From positions 1-57,829 of the forward strand of contig CAZPPI010000001.1 of the NCBI GenBank assembly GCA_964588435.1: a stretch of DNA of 57,829 bases. The letters run 5' to 3'. This DNA comes from an uncultured Gammaproteobacteria bacterium (GTDB taxonomy: Bacteria > Patescibacteriota > Patescibacteriia > Patescibacteriales > UBA12465). A model generated the notes under the pieces. That model ran no database searches. It was given only the letters and a program-made list of their open reading frames with translations, and was not told the origin of the DNA. Below, piece by piece: positions 37,862 through 47,990 of the stretch. Position 1 is the stretch's first letter. Each line of letters opens with the position of its first letter. Made by a program: the position numbers and the translations under genes.

Positions 37862-37896
37862 AAAAGCCTTTTTCTAAATTTAGAAAAAGGCTTTTT
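37862..37896. terminator. Bidirectional hairpin terminator
   Basis: Perfect 17-bp-arm palindrome AAAAGCCTTTTTCTAAA/TTTAGAAAAAGGCTTTT between convergent genes. Confidence 0.7.
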
Positions 37897-37925
37897 ATAC
37901 TCAGGCACGACCTCCTGATAAATTT

Positions 37926-38066
37926 TTATTCCTCCTCATCAAAACCCTCTTTTTTTAAACGCATCTCCTCACCACAACAAATTATAGAAACTCCACTATC
38001 TTTAACAAATTCAACCTCATTACCACAAACTGCACAAAAATAAATTTTTCCAACTCGACTACTCAT
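37926..38066 (-). CDS. Desulforedoxin-like small FeS4 protein (46 aa; below the ORF-track cutoff)
   Basis: MSSRVGKIYFCAVCGNEVEFVKDSGVSIICCGEEMRLKKEGFDEEE*. The CxxCG...CCG spacing is as in desulforedoxin and the Dfx N-domain. Confidence 0.65.
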   Translation of the reverse strand: MSSRVGKIYFCAVCGNEVEFVKDSGVSIICCGEEMRLKKEGFDEEE

Positions 38067-38071
38067 ATATT

Positions 38072-39220
38072 TTATTTTTTTAATTTCTTTTTTAAAATTT
38101 TATCAAAAAGTCCATCCTTCTTTAAAAGAACTTTTGATTCTTTTTCCAAAGAAGAACAATCACTACCATCTAAAGATTCACAAAATTCAAGTTCATAAAT
38201 ATGAAAAACTGTTACCATTAAAGCAATAATAAGTGGACCTAAAACAATACCCCAAAAACCAAAAAGTGAAAGTCCGCCTAAAATTGAAAACAAAACAAAA
38301 ACTGGATTAACTTCAGCATCACCCGTAATCATATAAGCACGAATAATATTGTCTATTGTCCCAATAATTAAAAAGCCCCAAACAAGCAAGAAAACTCCCT
38401 GCCAAACATCGCCAGACAATAAATAGAAAATTCCAACTGGAACATAAAAAATCATCGAACCAACATAAGGAAGAAGGGATAATAAGGCAACCAAAACACC
38501 AGCAAGCAAAGGTGGAAAACCGACAATACCAAAACCAAGGGCGGCAACTAAACCCTGTGCAATAGCAGCTACGAAAGTTGAAACAAAAATTGTATAACTA
38601 ACTTTTCTAAATTTACTAAAAATAATCTGATCATGTTTATTTGATAAAGGCGATAAATACATCAGGCGTTTTAAAATCTTGCCACCGTCTACAAAGAAGA
38701 AAAACATCGTCATGATAATAAGAACCAAGGACACAACAAACTTTGTTGTTTCTTTAAAAACAACCGTTGCTCCAGAAATAAAAGTGTTGCTTATCTTTTT
38801 AGAAACTTCTAAAATCGTTCCCTGAAAAGCTTCGTTATGAAGATTAACTTCATCTAAATTAAGAACACTTAAAGCTCCAGTAGTAAAAACTTCATTCTGA
38901 AAAATATCACCAGCTTTATTGTTCTCAAAAAAAGTTGCGGTTGCCGTATAAACACCAACTGATTTTTGTCCGGCATAAGAAATTAACTTAACTGCCGGAA
39001 TAATAATAATCAAAACTAATATTAAACACATTAAAATAGCCGCCAAGTTACGGCGACCCTTTAGGAACTTTGTTAGAAGTTCAAATGGCTTATAGAAAAC
39101 AGAAACTAAAACTGCAGCAACAAATATCTCCGTCAAAAACGGACGAAAAATAAGATAAGCAACAATTAAAACAGCAACGACCAGAATAATTAGGAATGAC
39201 TTGGTAAAATTTTTAGTCAT
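38072..39220 (-). CDS. AI-2E family (PerM-like) transporter
   Basis: 382 aa with about 8 TM segments and a typical AI-2E layout (LLPYVGS ... GPLI). Confidence 0.75.
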   Translation of the reverse strand: MTKNFTKSFLIILVVAVLIVAYLIFRPFLTEIFVAAVLVSVFYKPFELLTKFLKGRRNLAAILMCLILVLIIIIPAVKLISYAGQKSVGVYTATATFFENNKAGDIFQNEVFTTGALSVLNLDEVNLHNEAFQGTILEVSKKISNTFISGATVVFKETTKFVVSLVLIIMTMFFFFVDGGKILKRLMYLSPLSNKHDQIIFSKFRKVSYTIFVSTFVAAIAQGLVAALGFGIVGFPPLLAGVLVALLSLLPYVGSMIFYVPVGIFYLLSGDVWQGVFLLVWGFLIIGTIDNIIRAYMITGDAEVNPVFVLFSILGGLSLFGFWGIVLGPLIIALMVTVFHIYELEFCESLDGSDCSSLEKESKVLLKKDGLFDKILKKKLKK

Positions 39221-39265
39221 AAGAGCTGGCCTTTCAACTTTAAAATAAAGTTAAAATAGCGTTAA

Positions 39266-39421
39266 TTATTTAGTTTCTTTATGAACAGTATGAGTTTTAC
39301 ACTTCTTGCAATGCTTTTTCATCTCCAATCTCTCCTTAAGCATTTTTTTATTTTTTCTTGAATGATAATTGGTGGTTTTACAAACCGTACATTCTAATTT
39401 CATCATGTTGTCTTGTGACAT
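39266..39421 (-). CDS. rpmG: 50S ribosomal protein L33 (51 aa; below the ORF-track cutoff)
   Basis: [51 protein letters not shown]. This is the L33 CxxC...CxxC pattern with the HKETK end. Confidence 0.85.
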   Translation of the reverse strand: MSQDNMMKLECTVCKTTNYHSRKNKKMLKERLEMKKHCKKCKTHTVHKETK

Positions 39422-39482
39422 ATTCTTCTTTAAATTATTTTTAAACTAGTTTAAGAATATACAAAAAAGATAGAAAAGTCAA

Positions 39483-40364
39483 CTACTTTTGGCACTTAGC
39501 GCAATAATGTGTCCCCCGTCCGCCAAGTTTAATTTTAATAATTTCTTTTCCGCAATTCAGACAGCTCTCGTTTTGACGACCATAAACTTTCAAAAATTTA
39601 GAAAAATTTCCCTTTCGCCCCTTAGAATCAAGATAGTCACTAAAGGTTGTTCCCCGCTTCTTTAAAGCTAAGGCAATAACTTTTTTAATCGCTTTAACCA
39701 AAGTTATAATTTCTAAACTCTTAAGACTCTTAGCGCTTCTAAGCGGTAATATTCCGGCTAAAAATAAAGCCTCGTCGACATAAATATTGCCTAAACCAGC
39801 AATTATTTTTTGATCTAATAATAAATTTTTAATCGGTCTTAAACGATTTTGAAAAACCTCTTTTAAATATTTTTCATCGAGCTTTTTTTCAAGTGGTTCC
39901 GGTCCGTAGTTCTCGGCTAAAATTTTAATTAGCTCTTCCCCACTAATAATTTTTAAATAACCAAACTTTCTTAAATCATTAAAAAATAATTGGGAATTAT
40001 CTTCAAAATTAAAAATAACTCTTGTATGTCGATTTGGTAAATCTCCGCCGACTGCTTCTAGAAAAGAACCTTCTTTTAAACTATGACCGCCCGCAACTTT
40101 ATTTTTCCCTTCAAGATAAATTAACTGGCCTGTCATTTTTAAATGAATAAGCAAAAAATTATCAGCCCCGGAAATTTTAAAAATTAAAAGCTTCCCCCGA
40201 CGAGAAATCTCAGAAAAACTAAAACCAAGAAGTTTTTTATTAAAAAAGCTCTTAGGATTTTTAATAGTATTAGTTGATAATATTTGAAGCGAAACAATTT
40301 TCTTGGCAATCAGTGTTTTTTCTAAATCAAGTCTAATAGTTTCTACTTCTGGTAATTCGGGCAT
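39483..40364 (-). CDS. mutM: Formamidopyrimidine-DNA glycosylase (Fpg/MutM)
   Basis: MPELPEVE N-terminus, an H2TH region and a C-terminal zinc finger CLNCG...CAKCQ. Confidence 0.9.
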   Translation of the reverse strand: MPELPEVETIRLDLEKTLIAKKIVSLQILSTNTIKNPKSFFNKKLLGFSFSEISRRGKLLIFKISGADNFLLIHLKMTGQLIYLEGKNKVAGGHSLKEGSFLEAVGGDLPNRHTRVIFNFEDNSQLFFNDLRKFGYLKIISGEELIKILAENYGPEPLEKKLDEKYLKEVFQNRLRPIKNLLLDQKIIAGLGNIYVDEALFLAGILPLRSAKSLKSLEIITLVKAIKKVIALALKKRGTTFSDYLDSKGRKGNFSKFLKVYGRQNESCLNCGKEIIKIKLGGRGTHYCAKCQK

Positions 40365-40528
40365 AAAAAATTAATTAAATTTAATAAAAAAGACCGAAAT
40401 GAATGGTCTCTTAAATTAAATTGAAAGTAAAACCACGATAATTATACCAAGGACAAGAAATTCAACTAAGAAAATCTTTAAAAGTCCAAGACCAATTTTT
40501 TCTGGGTTTATTAAAGGCATATAAAGAG

Positions 40529-40611
40529 TGGGCCGAGTAGGATTCGAACCTACGAAGGCAAAAGCCAGCAGATTTACAGTCTGCCCCGGTTGACCGCTTC
40601 GGTATCGACCC
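40529..40611 (-). tRNA. tRNA-Tyr (GTA), long variable arm
   Basis: 83 nt. Acceptor is GGGTCGA/TCGGCCC, anticodon loop CTGTAAA, variable stem GGC/GCC and T arm GTAGG-TTCGAAT-CCTAC. Confidence 0.88.
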
Positions 40612-40706
40612 TCTTATTTTTATCTTACTTAGGAAACAAGCACGACAAGTTTATGATAAGCAAAAAAATATTCTTTGTCAAACGAGGACAAAAATTTATA
40701 AAGTTT

Positions 40707-41303
40707 CTAAGTTGCTAAATTAATAATAAATTTAGTTAAGGCATAAGCGCCGAAAATAACAATCAAACCAACCGCCGACCAAAGCAAAATGTCTTTTCCT
40801 TTTTTTACTTTATCCTGACTACCAGAAGATGTCATCCAAGTTAAACCACCATAAACAAACATCAGTAAAGCTAAAGAACCAACTATGCCCATGATTGAAT
40901 TAATAACCCGGCCGACTAATGAGTTAACTGTTACATCATTACCAAGAGGGTTAGTTAAACTTAGATTAGAGCCTGTATTTGCGTTTTGACCGGTGCCCCC
41001 TGGTAAAGCATTAGTTCCGGTGCCGCTAGGAAGGTTCCAAGAACAGGCTGGAGATGTGCAGGCAGCCTGAGTAGTTCTAGATGTACATGGAATAGCTGTA
41101 ACACACTCTTGCACCCCAATACGAATAGTATCTTGTAATTTACAAGGATTAATACAAAGGAAGGCAGTTGCTCCTTGGCTAGCGCAATATCCAGAATCTG
41201 TACATTTACCAGTAGCTTGAGCAGAAACAATAACTGGGGCGAAAACTAAAGCAAAAGTAAAGCTAAAACTTAAAACAAAAAACAGTTTTTTAAAATTATT
41301 CAT
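40707..41303 (-). CDS. TrbC/VirB2-like pilin-type secreted membrane protein
   Basis: 198 aa with a signal peptide, a Cys-rich region and two C-terminal TM helices (SLALLMFVYGGLTWMTSSG...LWSAVGLIVIFGAYAL) typical of VirB2-like pilins in CPR genomes. Confidence 0.6.
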   Translation of the reverse strand: MNNFKKLFFVLSFSFTFALVFAPVIVSAQATGKCTDSGYCASQGATAFLCINPCKLQDTIRIGVQECVTAIPCTSRTTQAACTSPACSWNLPSGTGTNALPGGTGQNANTGSNLSLTNPLGNDVTVNSLVGRVINSIMGIVGSLALLMFVYGGLTWMTSSGSQDKVKKGKDILLWSAVGLIVIFGAYALTKFIINLAT

Positions 41304-41425
41304 ATTTTTAAATTATTTCCTCTAAAAAGAATCTTTAAAATACAAATTTATTATATCATAGAAAATAAAAAAAGAGGATAGTTTTTTCAAACTACCCTCT
41401 GTATGTTTTGCTCTTTGCAACTATT

Positions 41426-42238
41426 TTAAGTTACAACAAGCGTTACTTTTCGATCATCTCCAAAGAGTCGAAATCTTGGGCCAACTCTATGGCCGAATTT
41501 AACTCCCGGAGAAGCTTTGATTGGCGTTTCGCCCGGAAATTGGACAAAGACCTCAAAGTTTTGAGATTCTATTGTGTAGTTTCCGCTACCACCATCAAAC
41601 CAAGCGATGATGTTAAATGGCGTTACGCCATTTATAAGTTCAATCTCATACACTCCAGTCCGAAAGACGGAATCTTTTAGTGCCATCGGGATGGCGTTAG
41701 GCATCTTAGGTTTTGGGAGTTGATTTCCAGAATGGAAATCTCTACCGAAACTTTTGTCCTGCTCCTCAGTATCTGGTCTGAATTTCCAGCGCTTCTCGAA
41801 GCCGGCTAAAGTGTCGGCCGCTTCCTTGGTTCTGTCTTCCTCTAAAAGGAATTCATAGTACCGGAGAAATGTTTCCGCTGCCCTTTTCTGTTCGACGGTA
41901 AAGATGTCTTTTGCCCTTACTTTAACATCTTTTGGCGTTAAACCAGATAAGGTCTGGTCAACGAAAGCTAAGGTTGTTGGCCGGGTTGAATTAAATCGTG
42001 GTAAAAATGTGATTACTACCACATTCAGCATCCCCAGCACAAAGATAATCCTCATCACCTTCGAAAGGAAAGCGTAACTAGAAGGCTTTCCTGCCATAAC
42101 TCCTGTCCCCCAGAAAAAAGCGAGGAATAGCACTGCAAACCAAATGCTAATGCCCGTGAAAAACCACAAGCAAATCAGAGCGATAAGCATTCCTATGTCG
42201 CGCCACCTCTTTTGTAAAAAGGAAATTATTTTTTCCAT
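41426..42238 (-). CDS. Hypothetical membrane protein
   Basis: 270-aa ORF with three N-terminal TM helices and a soluble C-terminus. Confidence 0.6.
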   Translation of the reverse strand: MEKIISFLQKRWRDIGMLIALICLWFFTGISIWFAVLFLAFFWGTGVMAGKPSSYAFLSKVMRIIFVLGMLNVVVITFLPRFNSTRPTTLAFVDQTLSGLTPKDVKVRAKDIFTVEQKRAAETFLRYYEFLLEEDRTKEAADTLAGFEKRWKFRPDTEEQDKSFGRDFHSGNQLPKPKMPNAIPMALKDSVFRTGVYEIELINGVTPFNIIAWFDGGSGNYTIESQNFEVFVQFPGETPIKASPGVKFGHRVGPRFRLFGDDRKVTLVVT

Positions 42239-42284
42239 TGTTTAAATTTTTTTGAATTGTTAATAATAAAAAAAATAAACGAGT

Positions 42285-43613
42285 CTATCTTCTAAAGACT
42301 CTTTTAGCAATACCGCCAACTAAATCAGTAGCTAAGTCTAAAGTCAGATAACTCAAAAAGCTTGAGCCAAAAACTGGTTTGTCCTTTTTTCCGTCTCCAT
42401 CTTGATCACTAGGATTAACCCCTATACTTGATGAAGCGACTGGCCCGAATTTTGCTTCGGAACTTTTCTGACCACCAATAATTCCTAAGGAATTACTAGT
42501 AGCAATTAGTCGCTCAAAGAAAGGGTCGCTAACCTTGACGATATTTCTATCGACCATCTTTAGTTTAATGTCGTCAATTGCATCCGCAATTTCTTCGCGA
42601 GCAGCAATTGGAAAATAAATTAAAAAGATGATGGTTAATAACAAAGCCATCTTCCATAAAGATTTTTTTGGCAAAATTTCCCATCCACCAAAAACGTAAT
42701 CCTTACTCCTATCCACCGGTTTAATGTCGTGGCCGTATTTAGTGGCCGTTTCATTATAGCGCTCTTGCGCTTGGCTCAATTCTCCTTTATCGGAAAACAT
42801 TCCTTCACTGAAAATAGGTCTTCCGAGTCCGAAGCTAAACGCTAAGAACCAGAAAAAAAGAGCGGCTAACAAGACGCAAAACGCGCGCCCGTTATTAACT
42901 CCCAGCCACCACCCGCGGCTAAAAGCTCTAACTCGCTTTAGGGGTTTCTTACGACGAAGAGTCATTCTAAGTGTGTCTTTCACCCCAGAAACAGTAAAGA
43001 AGATTTCCGCTTCTTCCCCGGGTTTTAGTTTCTTAGGAGCGGTAAAAGTAACCTCTCCCGTATCATCAGTCGTAACTGAGTAATCGGCTCCTTTGAAAAA
43101 TATTCCCACTGATTTGTGGGCCACTCCCTCACCGTCGGTAGTTAAAGCCCTGACTTTAAAAAAGAGCTCTCCGTTTTCCTTTTGGTATTTCATTACCAAG
43201 AGGCTTTCTGTTTCTTCTTTATCAACAGCGTCCTTTTTAGGGACAGTGACCGGATAAGAAATTTCATCCGGAAGTCTATCCAGACAAATTCTTATTACCT
43301 TGTGCTGTTCCTGATCGTTAAGATCAAAAACAATTTTTAACAAAGCTATTCCACCTTGGTCTGTTGAAACCTCAGTATTACCGTTTGTAATTCTGGCAAC
43401 GCCATCCTTTAGGATGACAAGTTGTCCAGCGACCGGGTTTAAACCACGGAAGACAGAGACCTCAAAAGAGACCTCGCAGGTATCGCCAATTATTTGGCTT
43501 TGAGTCTTAGCGCTCATCACAAGCCTCTGAGGCCTGTTGTTAGCTCCTTGATTACGGTTATTGTTATTATTACCGCCACCACGATTTTGATTCTGATTCT
43601 GATTCTGTGCCAT
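42285..43613 (-). CDS. Hypothetical membrane protein with N/Q/G-rich N-terminus
   Basis: 442 aa starting MAQNQNQNQNRGGGNNNNNRNQGANN. It has a beta-rich region and two TM segments. Confidence 0.6.
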   Translation of the reverse strand: MAQNQNQNQNRGGGNNNNNRNQGANNRPQRLVMSAKTQSQIIGDTCEVSFEVSVFRGLNPVAGQLVILKDGVARITNGNTEVSTDQGGIALLKIVFDLNDQEQHKVIRICLDRLPDEISYPVTVPKKDAVDKEETESLLVMKYQKENGELFFKVRALTTDGEGVAHKSVGIFFKGADYSVTTDDTGEVTFTAPKKLKPGEEAEIFFTVSGVKDTLRMTLRRKKPLKRVRAFSRGWWLGVNNGRAFCVLLAALFFWFLAFSFGLGRPIFSEGMFSDKGELSQAQERYNETATKYGHDIKPVDRSKDYVFGGWEILPKKSLWKMALLLTIIFLIYFPIAAREEIADAIDDIKLKMVDRNIVKVSDPFFERLIATSNSLGIIGGQKSSEAKFGPVASSSIGVNPSDQDGDGKKDKPVFGSSFLSYLTLDLATDLVGGIAKRVFRR

Positions 43614-43851
43614 AATACATTATTATTTTTTAAGTTTATATTTAATTTTCAATCAAAAAGAAGCGGTAAACCGCCAAGTCAAGCTTTTAATTTCTAAGCT
43701 TATTTAATTGTCAAAGAGCATATTTTGCCCGACACACCTGCGTTTTTAGTCTTTCTAAGAAGCTCTCGCCTCCTAAATTAACCAAAAAACTATCTCATTA
43801 ATATTCAAGATATTATAGCATACTTATTAAAAAAAGTCAAGCTATTTTAAG

Positions 43852-44643
43852 CTATTTTAAGTAATAAAACAAAATTCCGGCGGCAATAGCAACATTTAAA
43901 GACTCAATTTCCGAAGAAATTTGAATTTTTATGCTTTTATTAGCCAAATTTAATATTTCTTTACTCAAACCCTGGCTTTCACTCCCAAGGACGAGACAAA
44001 AGCTTTTCAAAGCTTTAAATTTATTTAAATCAGTTTTGCCTTTAACATCGGCGACATATAGAGCCAGCTTGTTTTTACCGACTTCCCTTTCAAGCCAGGC
44101 CCTGTTTTTATCAAAAATAAAATTCAATTTAAAGATAGAGTCTTTAGCGGCTGCAATTACTTTAGGATTATAAATATCAACACAAGCCTCATCTAAAATT
44201 AAAGTTTTAAAACCAAAAGCCAAAGCGCTTCTCATAATAGTTCCGAGGTTCCCGGGATCATTAATTCCGTTTAAATAAACAAAACGTAAATTTGCTGACT
44301 TTGTTTTTGTAGCGGACCCTACTTTAATTTTATAAACCGCCCCAATTCCGGAGGGCGTTTCTAAATTAGAAAAACTTTTATTAATTTTTGTTTCAATTTC
44401 AAAAAAATTTTTCGCTTTAGATTTTTTTTGTAGCGCTTTTAATATTTCGGAATTTTTTTGAGCGAATTCTTTTGTAAAAAATAAAGACTCAAAATCATAA
44501 CCGGCTTTTAAAGCATCTTGAATAATAACAAAATTTTCGACACAGAAAAGTCCAAACTCTTGGCGATATTTTTTAGCGCCTAGTTTTTTTAATAATTTAA
44601 TTTGAGAATTGTCCAAACTATTAATTTTTTTTATTTCTAACAT
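43852..44643 (-). CDS. TrmH/SpoU-family RNA 2'-O-methyltransferase
   Basis: 263 aa with SPOUT motifs (NDPGNLGTIMRSA, LVLGSESQGLS, IESLNVAIAAGI). Confidence 0.85.
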   Translation of the reverse strand: MLEIKKINSLDNSQIKLLKKLGAKKYRQEFGLFCVENFVIIQDALKAGYDFESLFFTKEFAQKNSEILKALQKKSKAKNFFEIETKINKSFSNLETPSGIGAVYKIKVGSATKTKSANLRFVYLNGINDPGNLGTIMRSALAFGFKTLILDEACVDIYNPKVIAAAKDSIFKLNFIFDKNRAWLEREVGKNKLALYVADVKGKTDLNKFKALKSFCLVLGSESQGLSKEILNLANKSIKIQISSEIESLNVAIAAGILFYYLK

Positions 44644-44732
44644 ATGTGTTTAATGCTTTTTTATTATACCCTGAAGCCAGAAATAAAAAAACAGACGTCT
44701 TTTATTTGACATCTGTTTTCTTTGCGATAATT

Positions 44733-45689
44733 TTATAAACTTATAGCGGCTTCTAAAGTATTACTGCCGCCATCTTCTATTAATAAAGTTTCTCCCGCTT
44801 GCAACTCTTGAGCTGGTAAACAAGCTTTCATCTGATTTTGATAATTAGCCCAAATATTTTTATGATTCTCTCTGGTTGCACTATTTAATTCCTTATACTT
44901 AACTTCAAAGGTAGCTGAACAAGCTTTTAAATTTTCCGCTTGATTAGTTTCTGATTCTAAAGCTTGATTTTGACAAGCATTACGAGCATCAATTAAAGCA
45001 GAAACTTCGCTATTCATATTAGTTAAACGAGTCTTTAAAGCGTCGTCTTTAGTATTAATAGCCGTACTAACACAAGTTTTAATATCAGCATTAACCACAC
45101 GGTTTTGAGTTCTAGCTTGTTCTTGTGTTTTTACTTGGTCCTTATTTATCGCTTGAATTCTAATACCATATAAAGTTCCATTTTCATTTTTCATGACTCT
45201 GAAATTTTTAATTTGTTCCGGATTAGGAATTTTTTCTAAAGTTGAACTACTCTTAATTAAAGCTGAGTTAACATTGGCATTTTCTTTTGCCTGATCACTA
45301 GCATTAGCGCTTTGATTTGAGGATTGAGTTTGATTAGTATTTTGAATTCTAATACCATACAAAGTTCCGTTTTCATTTTTCATCACTCTAAAATTTTTAA
45401 TTTGTTCCGGATTAAGAATTCTTTCTAAAATTTTTCCATTCACTTCAATTGTTTTTACTGGCTTTTCAGTCTTACATTCTCCTTCATAGGCAATCGTAAC
45501 ATTACCGGCAGTACATTTATTACCATAGGTTTTTCCGTCAACACCACAAACTGGCATGTATTCAAGAGTACATATTACATCATCAGTGCTGGTTGCATTT
45601 TCTTCTTCCGCCTTCGTAGTAGCGATTGAAAAAATTAAAACTGCCACCAAGAGAGTGAATGACAAAATCAAAAGATTGATTTTTTTCAT
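44733..45689 (-). CDS. Secreted Kazal-domain protein with internal 63-aa duplication
   Basis: Signal peptide, then a Kazal-like [56 protein letters not shown] occurs twice (DNA repeats 45153-45238 and 45342-45427). Confidence 0.7.
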   Translation of the reverse strand: MKKINLLILSFTLLVAVLIFSIATTKAEEENATSTDDVICTLEYMPVCGVDGKTYGNKCTAGNVTIAYEGECKTEKPVKTIEVNGKILERILNPEQIKNFRVMKNENGTLYGIRIQNTNQTQSSNQSANASDQAKENANVNSALIKSSSTLEKIPNPEQIKNFRVMKNENGTLYGIRIQAINKDQVKTQEQARTQNRVVNADIKTCVSTAINTKDDALKTRLTNMNSEVSALIDARNACQNQALESETNQAENLKACSATFEVKYKELNSATRENHKNIWANYQNQMKACLPAQELQAGETLLIEDGGSNTLEAAISL

Positions 45690-45812
45690 ATTTTTATAAT
45701 TAATTGCTTAGTTAAATAATTATAGCACATTTTCGATAAACATTGTAAAAAAGCTCGGACATTATCTGCCCGAGCTTTCTATGCTAATAAACTATTTCAA
45801 ATCTAAAAGTAT

Positions 45813-46346
45813 TTATTCTATTTCAGTTTCAACGTCTACAAAATTAGAACAATCGCCATTCATCATTTGTCTTCCTTGAGCCTGACCACGTCTAATACCC
45901 ATAGCTTGGCCATTTCCTTGTCCGGAACCAAATCCCATAGCCGGACCTTCTTCAATACCGATATTTTTTAGAATTTCTCTAGCCTCATTCATTAAATTAT
46001 GAGCTTCAATAAATTTAGCAAAATTATCAGCGGTAATTTTTTCAGCAAAAGGATTATTTTCTCCAATAGCCTCTTTCCAAGCATTATAATCATTAGCAGC
46101 AAGAGCTACTTCAACCGCTTCAAAATCAGCTTGCATCTCGGCTTGGCGACTTTTTCTTTGAGCCTCCATTACAACCTTCTCTTCTTCACTTAAATTTTCA
46201 AAACCACGAGCTTCACCGCGCATAGCTTTTCCATTTCTAGCTTCAAAGATATTATCACTTGCAGCTTGGCTAGCAATAATACCGCCACCAATTAAGGCGA
46301 GAGCGGAAAGAGCGATTACGGTATTCATTAATTTTTTGTTTTTCAT
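45813..46346 (-). CDS. Hypothetical secreted protein
   Basis: 177 aa with an N-terminal signal/TM segment and a G/Q/M-rich C-terminal region. Confidence 0.6.
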   Translation of the reverse strand: MKNKKLMNTVIALSALALIGGGIIASQAASDNIFEARNGKAMRGEARGFENLSEEEKVVMEAQRKSRQAEMQADFEAVEVALAANDYNAWKEAIGENNPFAEKITADNFAKFIEAHNLMNEAREILKNIGIEEGPAMGFGSGQGNGQAMGIRRGQAQGRQMMNGDCSNFVDVETEIE

Positions 46347-46460
46347 ATTTTTTTATTATTAAATAAATAAAAGAGCGTATTTAGTCCTTGCAAGGCGACT
46401 CTTGGGCCATCACTAACTAATACGCTTAAAAATTTTATTTCTTCCAAAACGATTTTAATT

Positions 46461-47201
46461 CTATCTTCTTGAGCCTCCCTGGGGACTATGTGGTGGTCGA
46501 GACATAAAAGCTCTACCAGCTTGAGGTATTTTAATAACTTTAGCCTCAAAAGTAGTTTCAGAGGTAGCTTCTCCTATTAAGTGTAGTGGCTGTCCATTAA
46601 ATGGCTCTAAGTCATTGGAAACTTGAGCAGGAAGAATAACTTTCCAAACTTTTCCGGTCGGATCAATTATATTTAAGTCATCCTCACTTAAAACCGCAAG
46701 CCCGGCTAAACGACCTTCTCTCGGATTAAACCAAAAGTCCAATTGCGGATTAAACATCCTCGCATATAAAGGCGCCTTCTGACCAAGAACGTCATCTATT
46801 TTTCTCCCAAGTCCAGCTAGAAAAAATAATTCTCCTAAAATAATGCTAATTAAAATCGCAAAAATTATAATAAAACTAAAAGGATAACGATAGCCTTTAG
46901 GGCTATGCTTAATATTATAGGAAAGAACGAAAATAAAGAGACCTAAGAAAATAAGCCAAAGATAAGGAAGAGTCATTAAAAAGAAAGATAAAAAGCCGAC
47001 ATCAAGCCTTAAGCCCATCTCCCAATTATTATATTTTAATAAATAAATAATCACTGATATTGCCGCTGAGCCAAAGATAAGTGCTAAAGCTCCAAAAACC
47101 CAAACGACATAATTTTTAAGCAAAAAATGCCAACGCGGTTTTGGTGAAATATTTTCTTCTTTTATTTTCTCAAGCAAATGCTCGGCAAAATTATTATTCA
47201 T
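46461..47201 (-). CDS. Membrane protein, candidate anti-sigma factor
   Basis: 246 aa with 4 TM segments. It lies 4 nt downstream of the ECF sigma gene. Confidence 0.5.
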   Translation of the reverse strand: MNNNFAEHLLEKIKEENISPKPRWHFLLKNYVVWVFGALALIFGSAAISVIIYLLKYNNWEMGLRLDVGFLSFFLMTLPYLWLIFLGLFIFVLSYNIKHSPKGYRYPFSFIIIFAILISIILGELFFLAGLGRKIDDVLGQKAPLYARMFNPQLDFWFNPREGRLAGLAVLSEDDLNIIDPTGKVWKVILPAQVSNDLEPFNGQPLHLIGEATSETTFEAKVIKIPQAGRAFMSRPPHSPQGGSRR

Positions 47202-47205
47202 ATAT

Positions 47206-47793
47206 TTAAAATTTGATTTTTTGTTTTTCCGTTTCTGATTTAAAAGCTAACTTCGCTCGATTTATCATTGAAGCAACGGTGCCGGCCGGTTTTTTAAGAA
47301 TATCAGAAATTTCTTCATAACTTTTTTCTTCCAAAAATTTTAAAACCAAAACTTCGCGATATTTCCCATCAAGCAGATCGAGAACTTTATTAATTTCCTC
47401 GCTCGCTAAATTCAAATCCGTTTGAATGCTAATATCAATACCGTCAGCTAAATTTTTTAAACCTTCCTCATCTATATTAATAGCATTTCCCTCCGGACGA
47501 GCTTTTAATTTACGATAACGACTAATAACATAGTTATGGGCAATACGATAAATCCAGGAAGAAAATTTTAAACTGTGGTTAAAGTCATTTAAATTAAGAT
47601 AAGTTTTAATAAAAATTTCTTGCAAAATATCTTGAAGTTCATCCGCGTCAACTTTAGTTAATCGTCTAATATAAGACGATAAGGGCTTTTCATAAAGCTT
47701 AACGATATCTAAAAAAGCGTCGCGATTAGCTAAACTAGCCGCAACTAAAGTTCTCTCATCTTTTTGTTTTATCTCCTGAGAGTTTTGAGTCAT
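47206..47793 (-). CDS. ECF-type RNA polymerase sigma-70 family factor
   Basis: 195 aa with region 2 (FSSWIYRIAHNYVISRYR) and a region 4 HTH (SYEEISDILKKPAGTVASMINRA). Confidence 0.85.
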   Translation of the reverse strand: MTQNSQEIKQKDERTLVAASLANRDAFLDIVKLYEKPLSSYIRRLTKVDADELQDILQEIFIKTYLNLNDFNHSLKFSSWIYRIAHNYVISRYRKLKARPEGNAINIDEEGLKNLADGIDISIQTDLNLASEEINKVLDLLDGKYREVLVLKFLEEKSYEEISDILKKPAGTVASMINRAKLAFKSETEKQKIKF

Positions 47794-47904
47794 AAATCAA
47801 CTTCTCTTTCTAATACGCAAAAACGCACAAGTTTCTTCTGTTATTATAATCCCGTCATAGCCTTAAATCAAAAAAACCACCTCTAGGGTGATTTTTCAAA
47901 ACTG

Positions 47905-47977
47905 AGCCGTTGACCGGGATTGAACCGGTGACCTTCTCCTTACCATGGAGATGCTCTACCAGCTGAGCTACAACGGC
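47905..47977 (-). tRNA. tRNA-Thr (GGT)
   Basis: 73-nt cloverleaf. Acceptor is GCCGTTG/CAACGGC, anticodon loop ATGGTAA and T arm ACCGG-TTCAATC-CCGGT. Confidence 0.9.
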
Positions 47978-47990
47978 AGCTAAAATTCTC

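Noticed and set aside
40393-40497. 34-aa hydrophobic minus-strand ORF (MPLINPEKIGLGLLKIFLVEFLVLGIIIVVLLSI*) between tRNA-Tyr and mutM
   Set aside because: It is too short and compositionally trivial to support without homologues. Noted only.
46343-46549. 68-aa ORF between the secreted-protein gene and the anti-sigma-like gene
   Set aside because: It overlaps the 3' end of 46461..47201 in another frame, has no motif and has no room for its own signals. It is probably spurious.
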